From: Morganella psychrotolerans
GTDB taxonomy: Bacteria; Pseudomonadota; Gammaproteobacteria; Enterobacterales; Enterobacteriaceae
Reading direction: 5' to 3'
Assembly: GCF_001676055.1 (NCBI RefSeq)
Contig: NZ_LZEX01000006.1
Location: forward strand, 1-64,000
Length of the DNA: 64,000 bases
Shown here: in pieces, positions 50,979-64,000 of the stretch
Layout of the letters: each line of letters starts with the position of its first letter
Numbering within the stretch: position 1 is the first letter of the stretch
Made by a program: the position numbers and the translations under genes
The notes under the pieces: model-generated
The model's database searches: none
Told to the model about the DNA's origin: nothing
Seen by the model: only the letters and a program-made list of their open reading frames with translations

Positions 50979-53135
50979 TTATTCAGCGTTATTCATATCA
51001 GGGGTTGCATCAGAGGCAGGTGCAGCATCTTCGCTGACCGCTTCTTTCATGCTCAGGCGAATACGACCCTGACGGTCGATTTCCAGTACTTTAACCGGAA
51101 CTTCCTGGCCCATCTGTAAATAATCTGACACTTTTTCAACGCGCTTGTCTGCGATCTGAGAGATATGCACCAGACCTTCTTTGCCGCCGCCGATAGCAAC
51201 GAACGCACCGAAATCAACGATACGTACAACTTTACCACTGTAGATACGACCGACTTCAACTTCTGCGGTAATTTCTTCAATGCGGCGGATAGCCATTTTC
51301 GCTTTGTCGCCGTCAGTTGCAGCAATTTTCACCGTACCGTCATCTTCGATTTCGATAGTTGTACCGGTTTCTTCAGTCAGCGCACGGATAACAGAACCAC
51401 CTTTACCGATCACATCCTTGATTTTGTCCGGACTGATCTTGATGGTGTGAATACGTGGAGCGAACTGAGAAATATCAGCACGTGGTGAATTGATAGCCTG
51501 TTCCATGACACCCAGGATGTGCAGACGTGCACCTTTAGCCTGGTTCAGAGCGGCCTGCATGATTTCGCTGGTGATACCTTCGATTTTGATATCCATCTGC
51601 AGAGCACTGATCCCATCGCGGCTACCTGCCACTTTGAAATCCATGTCGCCGAGGTGATCTTCATCACCGAGGATGTCAGACAGAACAACGTATTTATCAT
51701 CTTCTTTAACCAGACCCATTGCGATACCCGCAACAGCTGATTTAATCGGAACACCGGCGTCCATCAGTGCAAGAGACGCACCACAGACTGATGCCATAGA
51801 AGAAGAACCGTTGGATTCTGTAATTTCAGATACCACACGGATGGTGTACGGGAATTCTTCGGCTGATGGCATAACTGCCAGCACGCCGCGTTTTGCCAGA
51901 CGACCGTGACCAATTTCACGACGCTTAGGCGAACCGACCATACCCGTTTCACCTACGCAGTACGGAGGGAAATTGTAATGGAATAAGAAGGTATCAGTGT
52001 ACTCGCCCATAACCTGGTCGAGAGTCTGTGCATCACGCGCAGTACCCAGTGTTGCGGTAACCAGCGCCTGTGTTTCACCACGGGTGAACAGTGCGGAACC
52101 GTGGGTACGCGGCAGCAGACCGGTACGGACATCCAGTGCACGTACCATGTCTTTTTCACGACCATCGATACGTGGTTCGCCGTTCAGAACACGGGTACGG
52201 ACAACTGATTTCTCAACCGCTGCCAGGATATCAGACACTTCATGTTTCAGTTCGCTGGTCAGCTCTTCGCCGCGCGCAGCATAATCCTGCTCCAGTGCGC
52301 TGATGGTTGTATCTTTAATGATATCAACCTGAGCATAACGCTCTTGTTTTTCAGTGATACGGTAAGCATCACCCAGGGCTTTTTCAGACAGCTCAGCCAC
52401 ACGGTCGTGCAGTGCCTGATTAACAGGCTCTGCCTGCCAGTCCCATTTGTCTTTACCGACTTCAGCTGCTAATGCATTGATGTTGTCGATAACAACTTGT
52501 TGTTGTTCATGACCAAATACAACTGCGCCTAACATTTGTTCTTCAGTCAGCAGCTCAGCTTCTGACTCAACCATCAGCACAGCACCTTTGGTACCGGCAA
52601 CCATTAAGTTCAGGCGGCTTACAGCCAGCTCATCAGTTGTCGGGTTCAGCACATACTGGTCATTGATAAAACCAACGCGCGCAGCACCAATCGGGCCATT
52701 GAACGGAATACCGGACAGTGCCAGCACCGCAGATGCACCGATCATTGCCACCACATCAGGGTTAACCTGCGGGTTAACAGAAACAACGGTTGCGATGATC
52801 TGAACTTCGTTCAGGAAACCTTCCGGGAACAGAGGACGTAACGGACGGTCAATCAGACGTGCGATCAGTGTTTCGCCTTCGCCCGGACGGCCTTCACGAC
52901 GGAAGAAACTTCCCGGAATACGGCCGGCTGCGTAAGTACGCTCCTGATAGTTAACCGTCAGCGGGAAAAAGTCCTGGCCCGGTTTCATTTTTTTCTGGCC
53001 GACAACGGTAACAAATACCGCGGTGTCGTCCATGTTAACCATAACAGCAGCTGTCGCCTGGCGAGCCATCATACCGGTTTCGATAGTGACAGAGTGCTGA
53101 CCATACTGGAATTTACGAATTGTCGGATTTAACAA
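50979..53135 (-). CDS. pnp: polynucleotide phosphorylase
   Basis: The 718-aa protein is about 90% identical to E. coli PNPase. Confidence 0.95.
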   Translation of the reverse strand: MLNPTIRKFQYGQHSVTIETGMMARQATAAVMVNMDDTAVFVTVVGQKKMKPGQDFFPLTVNYQERTYAAGRIPGSFFRREGRPGEGETLIARLIDRPLRPLFPEGFLNEVQIIATVVSVNPQVNPDVVAMIGASAVLALSGIPFNGPIGAARVGFINDQYVLNPTTDELAVSRLNLMVAGTKGAVLMVESEAELLTEEQMLGAVVFGHEQQQVVIDNINALAAEVGKDKWDWQAEPVNQALHDRVAELSEKALGDAYRITEKQERYAQVDIIKDTTISALEQDYAARGEELTSELKHEVSDILAAVEKSVVRTRVLNGEPRIDGREKDMVRALDVRTGLLPRTHGSALFTRGETQALVTATLGTARDAQTLDQVMGEYTDTFLFHYNFPPYCVGETGMVGSPKRREIGHGRLAKRGVLAVMPSAEEFPYTIRVVSEITESNGSSSMASVCGASLALMDAGVPIKSAVAGIAMGLVKEDDKYVVLSDILGDEDHLGDMDFKVAGSRDGISALQMDIKIEGITSEIMQAALNQAKGARLHILGVMEQAINSPRADISQFAPRIHTIKISPDKIKDVIGKGGSVIRALTEETGTTIEIEDDGTVKIAATDGDKAKMAIRRIEEITAEVEVGRIYSGKVVRIVDFGAFVAIGGGKEGLVHISQIADKRVEKVSDYLQMGQEVPVKVLEIDRQGRIRLSMKEAVSEDAAPASDATPDMNNAE

Positions 53136-53202
53136 AATAATATCCTTCTGGGTCTCTCACCCCGGCAGGGGCAAGCGATGAAATGGTCTCTTCAGATACA
53201 TC

Positions 53203-53258
53203 CTCGCGACTAATGACAGCCTTTTCCGTTTGCCGGAAAGCGCTGTCATTAGTCGCGC
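53203..53258 (-). promoter_or_regulatory. long stem-loop in the pnp leader (GCGACTAATGACAGC...GCTGTCATTAGTCGC), the RNase III autoregulatory processing site
   Basis: A 15-bp or longer perfect stem, conserved in enterobacterial rpsO-pnp intergenic regions. Confidence 0.55.
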
Positions 53259-53320
53259 GAATCGCTGTATTTAAAGAGTCGTTGTAAGCGGATAACAGCG
53301 GGATATACCGCTTTCAGAAG

Positions 53321-53347
53321 AAAAGGGGCCAACTTCGGCCCCTTTCC
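53321..53347 (-). terminator. rpsO terminator (GGGGCCGAAGTTGGCCCC + T-run)
   Basis: Hairpin plus U-run 3' of rpsO. Confidence 0.7.
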
Positions 53348-53363
53348 ACTGAAACTTGTCGAA

Positions 53364-53633
53364 TTAGCGACGCAGACCAAGACGCTGAAGAATCGAGGTG
53401 TAGCTGGCTAAATCTTTACGCTTCAGGTAGGTCAGCAGTTTACGACGCTGAGCAACCATACGCAGCAGACCACGACGGCTGTGGTGATCTTTTTTGTGCT
53501 CTGTGAAGTGACCTTGCAGATGGTTAATCTGTGCAGTCAGCAGCGCGATCTGAACTTCGCTTGAACCGGTGTCGTTTTCAGTACGACCAAAATCAGCGAT
53601 AATTTTCGCTGTTGCTTCAGTGCTTAGAGACAT
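53364..53633 (-). CDS. rpsO: 30S ribosomal protein S15
   Basis: The 89-aa protein ([12 protein letters not shown]...) matches S15. Confidence 0.95.
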   Translation of the reverse strand: MSLSTEATAKIIADFGRTENDTGSSEVQIALLTAQINHLQGHFTEHKKDHHSRRGLLRMVAQRRKLLTYLKRKDLASYTSILQRLGLRR

Positions 53634-53756
53634 AAAAAACTCCAATATACATTGATTGATAAACAAAATGAGTGCCGATCTCTAATTCAGCATCTCAAGG
53701 AAATTGCCGCACTATTCTACGCCGCAACGCACCCGAACGCAAGATGCGTCCGGTGC

Positions 53757-54713
53757 TTATTCTGCCTGTTCCGGCGTGTGTTCAACCACCAGACGGCGCG
53801 GTGCAACCAATCCTTCATCACTGATGACAGCAAGACCGATAAAGCAGGCATCATCACCTTGCGTTACGCGCGTTAATGTCTGTGCCGCAAGCTCATGCTG
53901 AGCCCGTACCGGCTGTCCCTGCTTAAAATAAGCCGCCGTCACATCCGTCAGATTAACCTGCGGAAAATGTGACACTGCGGTATCCATCGGCAGCAAAAGC
54001 GGATCTAACGCCATTTCAAGCGGGGTTTCTGTTTCATCAGCATTGCTGCGCAGTGCCTGTAACTGCTCCAGGGTAACCATCCGTTCTGCCGGATACGTTG
54101 CCACCTGTAAACGGCGCAGGAAAATAACATGCGCACCACAGCCGAGCATTTCACCGAGATCATCAATGATCGTGCGGATATATGTGCCTTTCGAACAATG
54201 GATTTCCAGCTCCAGTTCATTCTCTTCCCGGCGGATGAACAACAATTCATATACCGTGATCGGGCGGGCTTCGCGCTCAATGGTTATCCCCTTACGGGCA
54301 TACTCATACAGCGGGCGTCCCTGATGTTTGAGCGCCGAATACATGGACGGCACCTGTAAGGTATCGCCTCTGAATGTATCCAGAGCAACATCAAGCTGTT
54401 CCTGTGTGAAAGTCAGCGGGCGTTCGCTTATCACTTCACCATGCGCATCTGAGGTGTCTGTACGCTGCCCTAAACGGGCGATCACACGGTAACGCTTATC
54501 CGAATCGAGCAGAAACTGAGAAAATTTAGTCGCTTCGCCCAGACAGATCGGTAACATCCCGGTCGCCAGCGGATCCAGCGCCCCGGTATGCCCGGCTTTG
54601 CTGGCATTAAAAAGGCGGCGGACTTTTTGCAGCGCATCATTTGATGAAATATCCTGCGGTTTATCCAGCAGGAAGATGCCGTTGATTTCACGGCCACGAC
54701 GACGGCGCGCCAT
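53757..54713 (-). CDS. truB: tRNA pseudouridine55 synthase
   Basis: The 318-aa protein is near-identical to E. coli TruB. Confidence 0.95.
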   Translation of the reverse strand: MARRRRGREINGIFLLDKPQDISSNDALQKVRRLFNASKAGHTGALDPLATGMLPICLGEATKFSQFLLDSDKRYRVIARLGQRTDTSDAHGEVISERPLTFTQEQLDVALDTFRGDTLQVPSMYSALKHQGRPLYEYARKGITIEREARPITVYELLFIRREENELELEIHCSKGTYIRTIIDDLGEMLGCGAHVIFLRRLQVATYPAERMVTLEQLQALRSNADETETPLEMALDPLLLPMDTAVSHFPQVNLTDVTAAYFKQGQPVRAQHELAAQTLTRVTQGDDACFIGLAVISDEGLVAPRRLVVEHTPEQAE

Positions 54714-55123
54714 CAGTTATCCTCTTTGTCGTCCGCAGATTTGCGTCGGTCTTCGTCATGTTTAATCACATCAGAAACGAGATTGGACATACGCATCCCT
54801 TCGACAAGGGAACTGTCATATTCAAATTTAAGCTCCGGGATAATGCGTAAACGCATCTCTTTCCCGAGCAAAGAGCGGATATAACCGGAAATATCATTTA
54901 AGACTCTGATACCCAATTTGACCTGTTCTGAATTATGATCTTCACCTATAAAATTCAGAAAAGTAACAAATACAGTGGCATAAGCCATATCACGGGATAA
55001 ATCAACACCGGATACTGTTGCCATGCCCACACGGGGATCTTTAATTTCGCGTTGCAGGATAATCGCAATTTCTTTCTGAATTTCCTGTGAAACGCGCTGA
55101 GACCGGCTGAATTCTCTTGCCAT
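54713..55123 (-). CDS. rbfA: ribosome-binding factor A
   Basis: The protein ([11 protein letters not shown]...) is similar to RbfA. Confidence 0.95.
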   Translation of the reverse strand: MAREFSRSQRVSQEIQKEIAIILQREIKDPRVGMATVSGVDLSRDMAYATVFVTFLNFIGEDHNSEQVKLGIRVLNDISGYIRSLLGKEMRLRIIPELKFEYDSSLVEGMRMSNLVSDVIKHDEDRRKSADDKEDN

Positions 55124-55195
55124 AGTTTCATCTCCTGAAAAGTAAGGGGGCAATAAGCCCCCTGATATATCATGTATTGTAATACCGTCAGGCGA

Positions 55196-57928
55196 TTAGA
55201 TAGTCCGTTTGACTTCAATCACCTGGAAGACTTCAATCATGTCGCCCGGGCGAACATCATTGTAGTTCTTCACACCGATACCACATTCCATCCCGTTACG
55301 GACTTCGGCAACGTCATCTTTGAAGCGGCGCAGAGATTCCAGCTCGCCTTCATAGATAACCACGTTGTCACGCAGAACACGGATTGGGTTATTACGCTTG
55401 ATGTTACCCTCTGTCACCATACAACCGGCGATTGCGCCGAATTTAGGTGAACGGAAGACATCACGGACTTCTGCCAGACCCATAATTTCTTGTCTGTACT
55501 CAGGTTCCAGCATCCCGCTCATCGCCTGTTTGATTTCATCAATCAGGCTATAGATTACAGAGTAATAACGCAGATCAACACTTTCGCTTTCAATTACGCG
55601 GCGTGCAGATGCATCAGCACGGACGTTGAAGCCAAGGATAATTGCGTTAGATGCCGCAGCAAGTGTTGCGTCAGTTTCGGTGATACCACCTACGCCGGAA
55701 CCGATAATTTTCACTTTGACTTCGTCAGTAGACAATTTCATCAGTGAGTCAGTAATCGCTTCACATGTACCCTGAACGTCAGTTTTCAGTACGATGTTCA
55801 GTTCAGAAACTTTACCGCTTTCCATGTTCGCAAACATGTTTTCCAGTTTAGATTTCTGCTGGCGAGCCAGTTTCACGTCACGGAATTTACCCTGACGATA
55901 GAGCGCCACTTCACGGGCTTTCTTCTCATCACGGACAACCGTTGCTTCATCACCGGCTGACGGTACGCTGGACAGACCCAGAATCTCGACCGGCATAGAA
56001 GGACCTGCTTCAGTCACATCCTGACCCAGTTCGTTGCGCATCGCACGAATACGGCCATATTCAAAGCCACACAGTACGATATCGCCCTTATTCAGGGTGC
56101 CGCTCTGAACCAGAATGGTCGCAACCGGACCACGACCTTTGTCGAGGTAAGATTCGATAACCACACCGCTGGCCATACCTGTACGAACCGCTTTCAGTTC
56201 CAGAACTTCAGCCTGGAGCAGAATCGCATCGAGCAGGTCATCAATACCCAGTCCCTGCTTCGCAGAAACACTGATGAACTGGTTTTCACCACCCCATTCT
56301 TCAGAAAGGATGCCGTACTGAGACAGCTCACTTCTTACGCGTTCAGGGTCTGAATCAGGTTTATCAATTTTGTTCACGGCAACCACAACCGGCACACCAG
56401 CGGCTTTCGCATGCTGGATAGCTTCGACGGTTTGCGGCATTACGCCATCGTCTGCCGCAACAACCAGAACAACGATATCCGTTGCCTGTGCACCACGTGC
56501 ACGCATTGAGGTAAACGCGGCGTGTCCCGGAGTATCCAGGAATGTAATCGCGCCTTTATCCGTTTTAACGTGATAAGCACCGATATGCTGGGTGATACCA
56601 CCCGCTTCGCCGGACGCTACTTTCGTTGAACGGATATAGTCCAGTAATGAGGTTTTACCATGGTCAACGTGACCCATGATAGTCACAACCGGTGCACGGG
56701 ACTCAGCAGATGCGCCGCCCATATCACGGTCGCTCAGAATCGCCTCTTCCAGTTCGTTTTCACGACGCAGGATAACTTTGTGACCCATTTCCTCAGCAAC
56801 CAGCTGTGCAGTTTCCTGGTCAATTACCTGATTGATAGTCGCCATGGCGCCCATCTTCATCATGGTTTTAATAACCTGGGAACCTTTTACTGCCATTTTG
56901 TTGGCTAATTCGCCGACAGAAATGGTTTCGCCGATAACCACATCACGGGTAACAGCTGCAACCGGCTTGGTAAAGCTCTGCTGCAGTGAGCTGCCTTTAC
57001 GCTGTTTCTTACCGCGTGGCTGTTGCGCACGGGCTTCTTCGCGATCGGCTTTCTCGGAATGACGGTTATTTTTCTTCTGGCGGACATTTTTAGCCGGACG
57101 GGTACGGGCGCGGTTTTCACCTTCAACTTTCGCATCACTTTCATCTTCAGCTTCACGGGCGTGAGCGGAAGTGGTGGTGTGATAGTCAGCGCTCTCGGTT
57201 TCGTCACCAGGAGTTGCAGACCATTTCTCTGCGTTTTGTTCTGCCAGAAGACGGGTTTCTTCTGCTGTACGTTTTACTTCAGCTTCCAGTTTACGTTGCA
57301 TTTCTTCTTCGGCTTTACGCTTTAACTCAGCGGCCTCAGCTTCGCGACGTACTTTCTCGCTGTGTTCCCGTGTATCAGCCGGTGCTGATTTCGTTTTATT
57401 TTCTTTCACGTTATTCTTTTCCGCTACTTCACGCTTAGCCGTATCTGCTGCTTTATCAGTTGCCTGCGCTGCTGCCACTTCGCGTTTTGCCTTTTCTTCA
57501 GCGTCACGTTTCGCTTTCGCGTCCTGTTTGGCTTTTTCTTCAGCTTCACGACGGGCCTGTTCTTCAGCTTCGCGTCTTGCCTGCTCTTCCGCTTCACGCT
57601 GCGCCTGCTCTTCCGCGGCTTTCGCCTGTTCTACGGTATCGCTGTTGACATAAGTGCGTTTTTTGCGGACTTCAATATTAACCGATTTACTCTTACCACC
57701 GGTTACCGGAACACTCAACGTACTGCGTGTTTTGCGCTGAAGTGTTAATTTACCCGACTGACTTGCACCGCCTTGTTCACGGTTCAGATGGGCCAGCAGG
57801 GCCTCTTTTTCTTGCTGAGAGACGTTATCCGACGCAGTTTTTTCAATGCCTGCATCAGCAAATTGCTGTACCAGGCGCTCTACTGAAGTCTGAATTTCAT
57901 CTGCCAGTGTTTTTACTGATTCTGTCAT
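55196..57928 (-). CDS. infB: translation initiation factor IF-2
   Basis: The 910-aa protein has a repetitive A/E/K-rich N-domain and a GTPase domain. Confidence 0.95.
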   Translation of the reverse strand: MTESVKTLADEIQTSVERLVQQFADAGIEKTASDNVSQQEKEALLAHLNREQGGASQSGKLTLQRKTRSTLSVPVTGGKSKSVNIEVRKKRTYVNSDTVEQAKAAEEQAQREAEEQARREAEEQARREAEEKAKQDAKAKRDAEEKAKREVAAAQATDKAADTAKREVAEKNNVKENKTKSAPADTREHSEKVRREAEAAELKRKAEEEMQRKLEAEVKRTAEETRLLAEQNAEKWSATPGDETESADYHTTTSAHAREAEDESDAKVEGENRARTRPAKNVRQKKNNRHSEKADREEARAQQPRGKKQRKGSSLQQSFTKPVAAVTRDVVIGETISVGELANKMAVKGSQVIKTMMKMGAMATINQVIDQETAQLVAEEMGHKVILRRENELEEAILSDRDMGGASAESRAPVVTIMGHVDHGKTSLLDYIRSTKVASGEAGGITQHIGAYHVKTDKGAITFLDTPGHAAFTSMRARGAQATDIVVLVVAADDGVMPQTVEAIQHAKAAGVPVVVAVNKIDKPDSDPERVRSELSQYGILSEEWGGENQFISVSAKQGLGIDDLLDAILLQAEVLELKAVRTGMASGVVIESYLDKGRGPVATILVQSGTLNKGDIVLCGFEYGRIRAMRNELGQDVTEAGPSMPVEILGLSSVPSAGDEATVVRDEKKAREVALYRQGKFRDVKLARQQKSKLENMFANMESGKVSELNIVLKTDVQGTCEAITDSLMKLSTDEVKVKIIGSGVGGITETDATLAAASNAIILGFNVRADASARRVIESESVDLRYYSVIYSLIDEIKQAMSGMLEPEYRQEIMGLAEVRDVFRSPKFGAIAGCMVTEGNIKRNNPIRVLRDNVVIYEGELESLRRFKDDVAEVRNGMECGIGVKNYNDVRPGDMIEVFQVIEVKRTI

Positions 57929-57949
57929 GCTGCTCCTTCCCGCTACAAA

Positions 57950-59482
<1,533 letters not shown>

Positions 59483-59487
59483 TTATA

Positions 59488-59940
59488 TTAAAAGTGGGGT
59501 ACCAGGTTAGCTTTCTGGATGTTGCCAAGTGCGAACACTTCGTCTTTGCCATCCACTGTAACCGTGATCATTTCGCCGTCAACAGCTTTAATAATACCCT
59601 GCCATCTGCGACGGTTCTGCATAGCGATACGTAAAGTCAGACTAGCTTCTTCACCTGTGAACCGCTGATAATGCTCTGCCGTAAATAACGGACGCTCCAT
59701 ACCCGGAGACGACACTTCAAGGTTATAAACGACGGTAATAGGATCTTCAACATCAAGAACGGCACTGACCTGATGGCTGACGTCCGCGCAATTATCAACA
59801 GTGATACCCTCATCACTATCAATATAAATACGCAGTGTTGAGACACGACCACGAATAAATTCCAGGCCGACAAGCTCAAAACCGAGTGCTTCGACAGGTG
59901 CTGTGACCATCTCTGTTAATTTCTGCTCTAATGTGGACAA
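59488..59940 (-). CDS. rimP: ribosome maturation factor RimP (TTG start)
   Basis: The 150-aa protein ([10 protein letters not shown]...) is about 85% identical to E. coli RimP. The 5' extension in the track is spurious. Confidence 0.9.
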   Translation of the reverse strand: MSTLEQKLTEMVTAPVEALGFELVGLEFIRGRVSTLRIYIDSDEGITVDNCADVSHQVSAVLDVEDPITVVYNLEVSSPGMERPLFTAEHYQRFTGEEASLTLRIAMQNRRRWQGIIKAVDGEMITVTVDGKDEVFALGNIQKANLVPHF

Positions 59941-60143
59941 GACCACCCCCAGGACATAAAAAAAGGGCATAACGCCCAGTAGTTCTGTTGTTTTATAACA
60001 AAAAACCCCGAAATTTCGGGGCTTTAAGCAACAACTGGACCCTGTATACTTCTCACTTCTTAATCGCTTTTCCAAATCAGGGGATAACTTCAAAGAGTTG
60101 TTGATTTAATCAACCTAGGAAAAAACGATTCGTTTTTAAGAAG

Positions 60144-60220
<77 letters not shown>

Positions 60221-60277
60221 TTCGAAACGTGAAAAATTCTACGCCGATCACCTGCAAAACGCAAGCTTCAAACAAAA

Positions 60278-60369
60278 ATGGTGCCGAGGACGGGACTTGA
60301 ACCCGTACGCCTGTTTTGTAGGCACTACCACCTCAAGGTAGCGTGTATACCAATTTCACCACCTCGGCA
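60278..60369 (-). tRNA. leuU: tRNA-Leu (anticodon GAG)
   Basis: The sequence (GCCGAGGTGGTGAAATTGGTA...CCTTGAGGTGGTAG...GGGTTCAAGTCCCGTCCTCGGCACCA) is similar to E. coli leuU. The exact 5' end is accurate to within ±2 nt. Confidence 0.85.
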
Positions 60370-60450
60370 CTGATTACTCTGACGGAACTGACTGATGGTG
60401 TCATATCAATCCCGTTTTTAAAACGTTACTACTTTCCGGTCCTGCAACAA

Positions 60451-60792
60451 TCAGCGTGGAATATCGCTGTTAGGTGCTGCTGGTGCTACGGGTACATCCG
60501 TTTTCTGTTCTGTCTGCGCCGGCACAGCGAGATTATCAAACTTGCTGCCTGTTCCGACTTTGTTGCTGGTCATGTTGCCCAGAACTAAACTCAGCACAAA
60601 AAACAGTGTTCCTAAAATGCCGGTGGTACGGGTCATGAAGTTACCTGAACCCGAAGAACCAAACAGAGTTGCAGAAGCGCCTGCACCGAACGAAGCACCC
60701 ATGTCCGCACCTTTACCCTGCTGCATTAATACCATGCCGACTAAGGCAATCGCAACAAGTAAGAAAACGACTAAGAGTATTGTATAATACAT
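60451..60792 (-). CDS. secG: preprotein translocase subunit SecG
   Basis: The ~113-aa protein from MYYTILLVVFLL onward is Gly-rich and similar to SecG. Confidence 0.9.
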   Translation of the reverse strand: MYYTILLVVFLLVAIALVGMVLMQQGKGADMGASFGAGASATLFGSSGSGNFMTRTTGILGTLFFVLSLVLGNMTSNKVGTGSKFDNLAVPAQTEQKTDVPVAPAAPNSDIPR

Positions 60793-61089
60793 AATATGTA
60801 CCTGTTCCTCGTACGGTATACCGACTGATTCGGTATTAATCTGCACACTCACAGATAAAATGAATTACCTTGCTGAGCGGGTCAGAATACTAACCAAACA
60901 AACGCTGACACGCAAGTCTATTTTCAGCCTGCCGCATCAGTTGCGGAAAAAAACAACAACAAGGGGCGGATTCTGACAGAGCCGGCACAAAATCTCAATA
61001 ATTTTTTCCGGCAAAACCATTCACACCCCTGATAATAATTACGGGTTTATCACATTATAAATAAGATAAGGATAAATAATGTAAGGTAA

Positions 61090-62424
61090 CTACACCCGCT
61101 TTACCGCATCGGCGATACGATTCGCCATTGCAGTAACCTGAGCTTCATCCTCACCTTCCACCATAACGCGGATCAGTGGCTCTGTACCGGATTTACGTAA
61201 CAACACGCGACCTTTGCCATTCAGTTCTTTTTCAACCTCCTGCGTCACGCGGATAACCTCGTCAGAGGATAGCGGGTCGTGTTGCCCGGTAAAGCGGACA
61301 TTGATAAGGATCTGCGGCAGCAGTTTCATGCCGCTGCACAGGTCATGCAGGCTCATATTATTACGCACCATCGCGCTGAGTACCTGCAGGCCCGCCACAA
61401 TACCGTCTCCGGTTGTGGTTTTATCCAGCAAAATAATATGTCCGGAGTTTTCCGCACCTAAACGCCAACCTTTTTCCTGTAATTTTTCCAGCACATAGCG
61501 GTCACCGACTTTCGCGCGTTCAAACGGAATACCCAGCTGTTTCAGTGCCAGTTCCAGACCCATATTACTCATCAGTGTACCTACCGCACCACCGCGCAGC
61601 TGCCCCTGACGTAACGCTTCACGCGCGATAATATAAAGGATCTGGTCGCCATCCACTTTTTCACCGAGGTGGTCGACCATGATCAGGCGGTCACCGTCAC
61701 CGTCAAACGCCAGTCCGACACTCGCACCTTCTGCGATAACGCGTTCCTGCAACTGACGGACATCCGTCGCGCCACACTCTTCGTTAATATTGATCCCGTT
61801 AGGATCACAGCCGATAGCAATAACCTCTGCACCCAGCTCGCGCAGAACATTCGGCGCAATGTGATACGTTGCACCGTGCGCGCAGTCGATCACCATTTTC
61901 AGCCCGTTCAGGCTCTGTTCGTTCGGGAAAGTACCTTTACAAAATTCGATATAGCGCCCGGCTGCATCCACGATGCGGTTTGCACGGCCTAATTCAGCGG
62001 ATTCCACACAGGTCAGCGGTTTTTCCATTTCAGCTTCAATGGCTTCTTCCACGTGATCAGGTAATTTTGTACCGTCGATCGAGAAAAATTTAATACCATT
62101 GTCATAAAACGGATTATGAGATGCAGAGATAACAATACCGGCTTCTGCACGGAAAGTACGGGTCAGATAAGCAACCGCCGGTGTCGGCATAGGGCCGGTG
62201 AATGAGGCGGATAATCCGGCTGCAGCCAGTCCGGCTTCAAGGGCGGATTCCAGCATATAACCGGAAATACGGGTATCTTTGCCGATAATAATTTTCCGCG
62301 AACCATGACGTGCCAGCACTTTCCCGGCAGCCCAGCCCAGCTTAAGCACAAAGTCAGGGGTAATCGGGCTGTCGCCCACTTTTCCGCGGATACCATCAGT
62401 ACCAAAGTATTTGCGATCACTCAT
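61090..62424 (-). CDS. glmM: phosphoglucosamine mutase
   Basis: The 444-aa protein has the active-site motif [10 protein letters not shown]. Confidence 0.95.
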   Translation of the reverse strand: MSDRKYFGTDGIRGKVGDSPITPDFVLKLGWAAGKVLARHGSRKIIIGKDTRISGYMLESALEAGLAAAGLSASFTGPMPTPAVAYLTRTFRAEAGIVISASHNPFYDNGIKFFSIDGTKLPDHVEEAIEAEMEKPLTCVESAELGRANRIVDAAGRYIEFCKGTFPNEQSLNGLKMVIDCAHGATYHIAPNVLRELGAEVIAIGCDPNGININEECGATDVRQLQERVIAEGASVGLAFDGDGDRLIMVDHLGEKVDGDQILYIIAREALRQGQLRGGAVGTLMSNMGLELALKQLGIPFERAKVGDRYVLEKLQEKGWRLGAENSGHIILLDKTTTGDGIVAGLQVLSAMVRNNMSLHDLCSGMKLLPQILINVRFTGQHDPLSSDEVIRVTQEVEKELNGKGRVLLRKSGTEPLIRVMVEGEDEAQVTAMANRIADAVKRV

Positions 62425-63265
62425 TGTCGTTTTTTTCCTTTGCTAAACGGGTTGCTTCCACCACTTTCATGGCCTGAACAGTCTCTTTTACATCATGGAC
62501 ACGAATGATTTGTGCCCCTTTCATTGCGGCAATCACCGCACAAGCCACACTGCCGGCAACCCGTTCATCAGGGGGAAGATCCATCAGCTGACCAATCATT
62601 GATTTACGTGACATTCCGGCAAGAACCGGTAATCCCAGTTTATGAAATTCGTCTAATTTATCTAACAGCTGGTAATTATGCGCTAAAGATTTACCAAAAC
62701 CGAAGCCCGGATCGAGAATTATGTGATTTTTTTCAATACCGGCAGCCATACAGCGTGCTACCTGCGCTTCAAGGTACGCATAAACATCATGTACCACATT
62801 TTGGTAATGCGGCGCCTGCTGCATTGTACGCGGCTCGCCCTGCATGTGCATGACACAAACAGGCAAACCACTTATGGCGGCGGCCTGAAGGGCTCCCGGC
62901 TCCGTTAATGAGCGGATATCATTGATAATATGCGCACCGGCTTTCGCGGCTTCACGGATAACCAGTGCTTTCGAGGTATCGACCGAGATCCAGACATCTG
63001 ATTCACGGGCAATTGCTTCAACAACAGGTATTACGCGTTCTGCTTCCTGCTCAGGGCTGACTTCCGCCGCCCCGGGACGGGTTGATTCACCACCGATATC
63101 AATAATTACAGCACCTTCCAGGATCATCCGCCGGGCATGTGCGAGTGCTTGTACAGGGGTGTTATGTGTGCCGCCGTCAGAGAACGAATCCGGGGTTACA
63201 TTAAGTATCCCCATTACTTGCGGCGTTGCCAGGGAGAGTGTCTGACCGCGTGCGGTAAGTTTCAT
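62417..63265 (-). CDS. folP: dihydropteroate synthase
   Basis: The 282-aa protein is near-identical to E. coli FolP. Confidence 0.95.
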   Translation of the reverse strand: MKLTARGQTLSLATPQVMGILNVTPDSFSDGGTHNTPVQALAHARRMILEGAVIIDIGGESTRPGAAEVSPEQEAERVIPVVEAIARESDVWISVDTSKALVIREAAKAGAHIINDIRSLTEPGALQAAAISGLPVCVMHMQGEPRTMQQAPHYQNVVHDVYAYLEAQVARCMAAGIEKNHIILDPGFGFGKSLAHNYQLLDKLDEFHKLGLPVLAGMSRKSMIGQLMDLPPDERVAGSVACAVIAAMKGAQIIRVHDVKETVQAMKVVEATRLAKEKNDNE

Positions 63266-63340
63266 AATCCGGCCTTCTTACTATTTTTAATCAATACGTG
63301 AACTGATTGTAATGCCTGACCCCGGCGGGATAAAGACATA

Positions 63341-63375
63341 AAAAAACCCGGCTGATGTTCCCGCCGGGTTTTTGT
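63341..63375 (-). terminator. ftsH terminator (CCCGGCGGGAACATCAGCCGGG + T-run)
   Basis: Hairpin plus U-run 3' of ftsH on the minus strand. Confidence 0.6.
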
Positions 63376-63413
63376 TATAAAAATTTATACCGTTGATACA
63401 ACCATAGTGATGA

Positions 63414-64000
63414 TTAAGGCTGCTTATCGTTTTCAGGCGATTGTGCATCCGCATCATCAGAACCGGTATTTTCCTGAACCGGCACCTGGTTGCTGCTTTC
63501 CGGCGGACGGGTATCCGCTTTCGGCTTATCACCTTCCCAACCGGCAGGCTCACGCACTGGTACGCGGTTCATCAGGTCATCAATCTGTGGTGCATCAATG
63601 GTTTCATACTTCATTAATGCATCTTTCATGGTGTGCAGAACATCTAAGTTATCCATCAGGATCTGGCGGGCGCGTTTATAGTTGCGCTCGACTAACTCAC
63701 GGATTTCCTCATCGATGGTCCGGGCGGTTTCATCAGACATGTGCTGTGCTTTCGACATAGAGCGGCCTAAGAACACTTCACCTTCTTCATCCGCATACAG
63801 TAATGGTCCCAGTTTTTCTGAGAAGCCCCACTGTGTCACCATGCTGCGGGCAATGTTAGTTGCCACTTTGATATCATTTGATGCGCCTGTTGAGACATGT
63901 TCCGGCCCGTAAATGATTTCTTCAGCCAGACGACCACCGTACAGAGTCGAAATCTGACTTTCGAGTTTCTGACGGCTGGCACTGATCTGATCACCTTCCG
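63414..64000 (-). CDS. ftsH: ATP-dependent zinc metalloprotease FtsH, C-terminal part (the gene continues beyond the window)
   Basis: The C-terminal 150 aa are similar to the FtsH tail. The open frame continues to the window edge. Confidence 0.9.
   Translation of the reverse strand, partial: EGDQISASRQKLESQISTLYGGRLAEEIIYGPEHVSTGASNDIKVATNIARSMVTQWGFSEKLGPLLYADEEGEVFLGRSMSKAQHMSDETARTIDEEIRELVERNYKRARQILMDNLDVLHTMKDALMKYETIDAPQIDDLMNRVPVREPAGWEGDKPKADTRPPESSNQVPVQENTGSDDADAQSPENDKQP

Noticed and set aside
57000-57700. Periodic GCTTC/GCGTC repeats that look like a tandem-repeat element.
   Set aside because: This is the coding sequence of the Ala/Glu/Lys/Arg-rich N-terminal domain of IF2 (infB) and is in frame with the rest of the gene.

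Overview
This is a 64-kb chromosomal segment of an Enterobacterales genome with core GC about 50%. Gene content and order match the E. coli blocks ftsH-folP-glmM-secG-leuU-metY-rimP-nusA-infB-rbfA-truB-rpsO-pnp-nlpI-deaD, ubiTUV/yhbSQP, nrdDG, ridA-pyrIB(pyrL)-argI-rraB and valS-holC-pepA-lptFG. The protein sequences look Morganellaceae-like, but that is inference only. The left 12.5 kb is AT-rich accessory DNA. It holds an island of about 11.6 kb inserted in tRNA-Leu(CAA)/leuX, carrying a P4-type integrase, RES/Xre and HipBA toxin-antitoxin pairs, an iteron-like array, and a dGTPase-family HD hydrolase with a small head-domain nucleotidyltransferase. A second P4-type integrase lies beyond the island and is truncated by an IS3-family element. 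Other notable loci are a non-canonical RtcR(sigma54/CARF)-controlled operon (SPFH protein, RtcB, nucleotidyltransferase; no RtcA) with a long leader containing a tRNA-like minihelix, BtsS/BtsR, an HlyD plus two ABC-2 permeases with no ATPase gene, and a MITE-like repeat family of about 125 bp. No CRISPR array or rRNA was found. Six gene interruptions all sit in homopolymers of 7 nt or longer, and each is a single extra base (+1). This points to systematic sequencing artefact or slipped-strand mutation, so the affected genes may be intact in the real genome.
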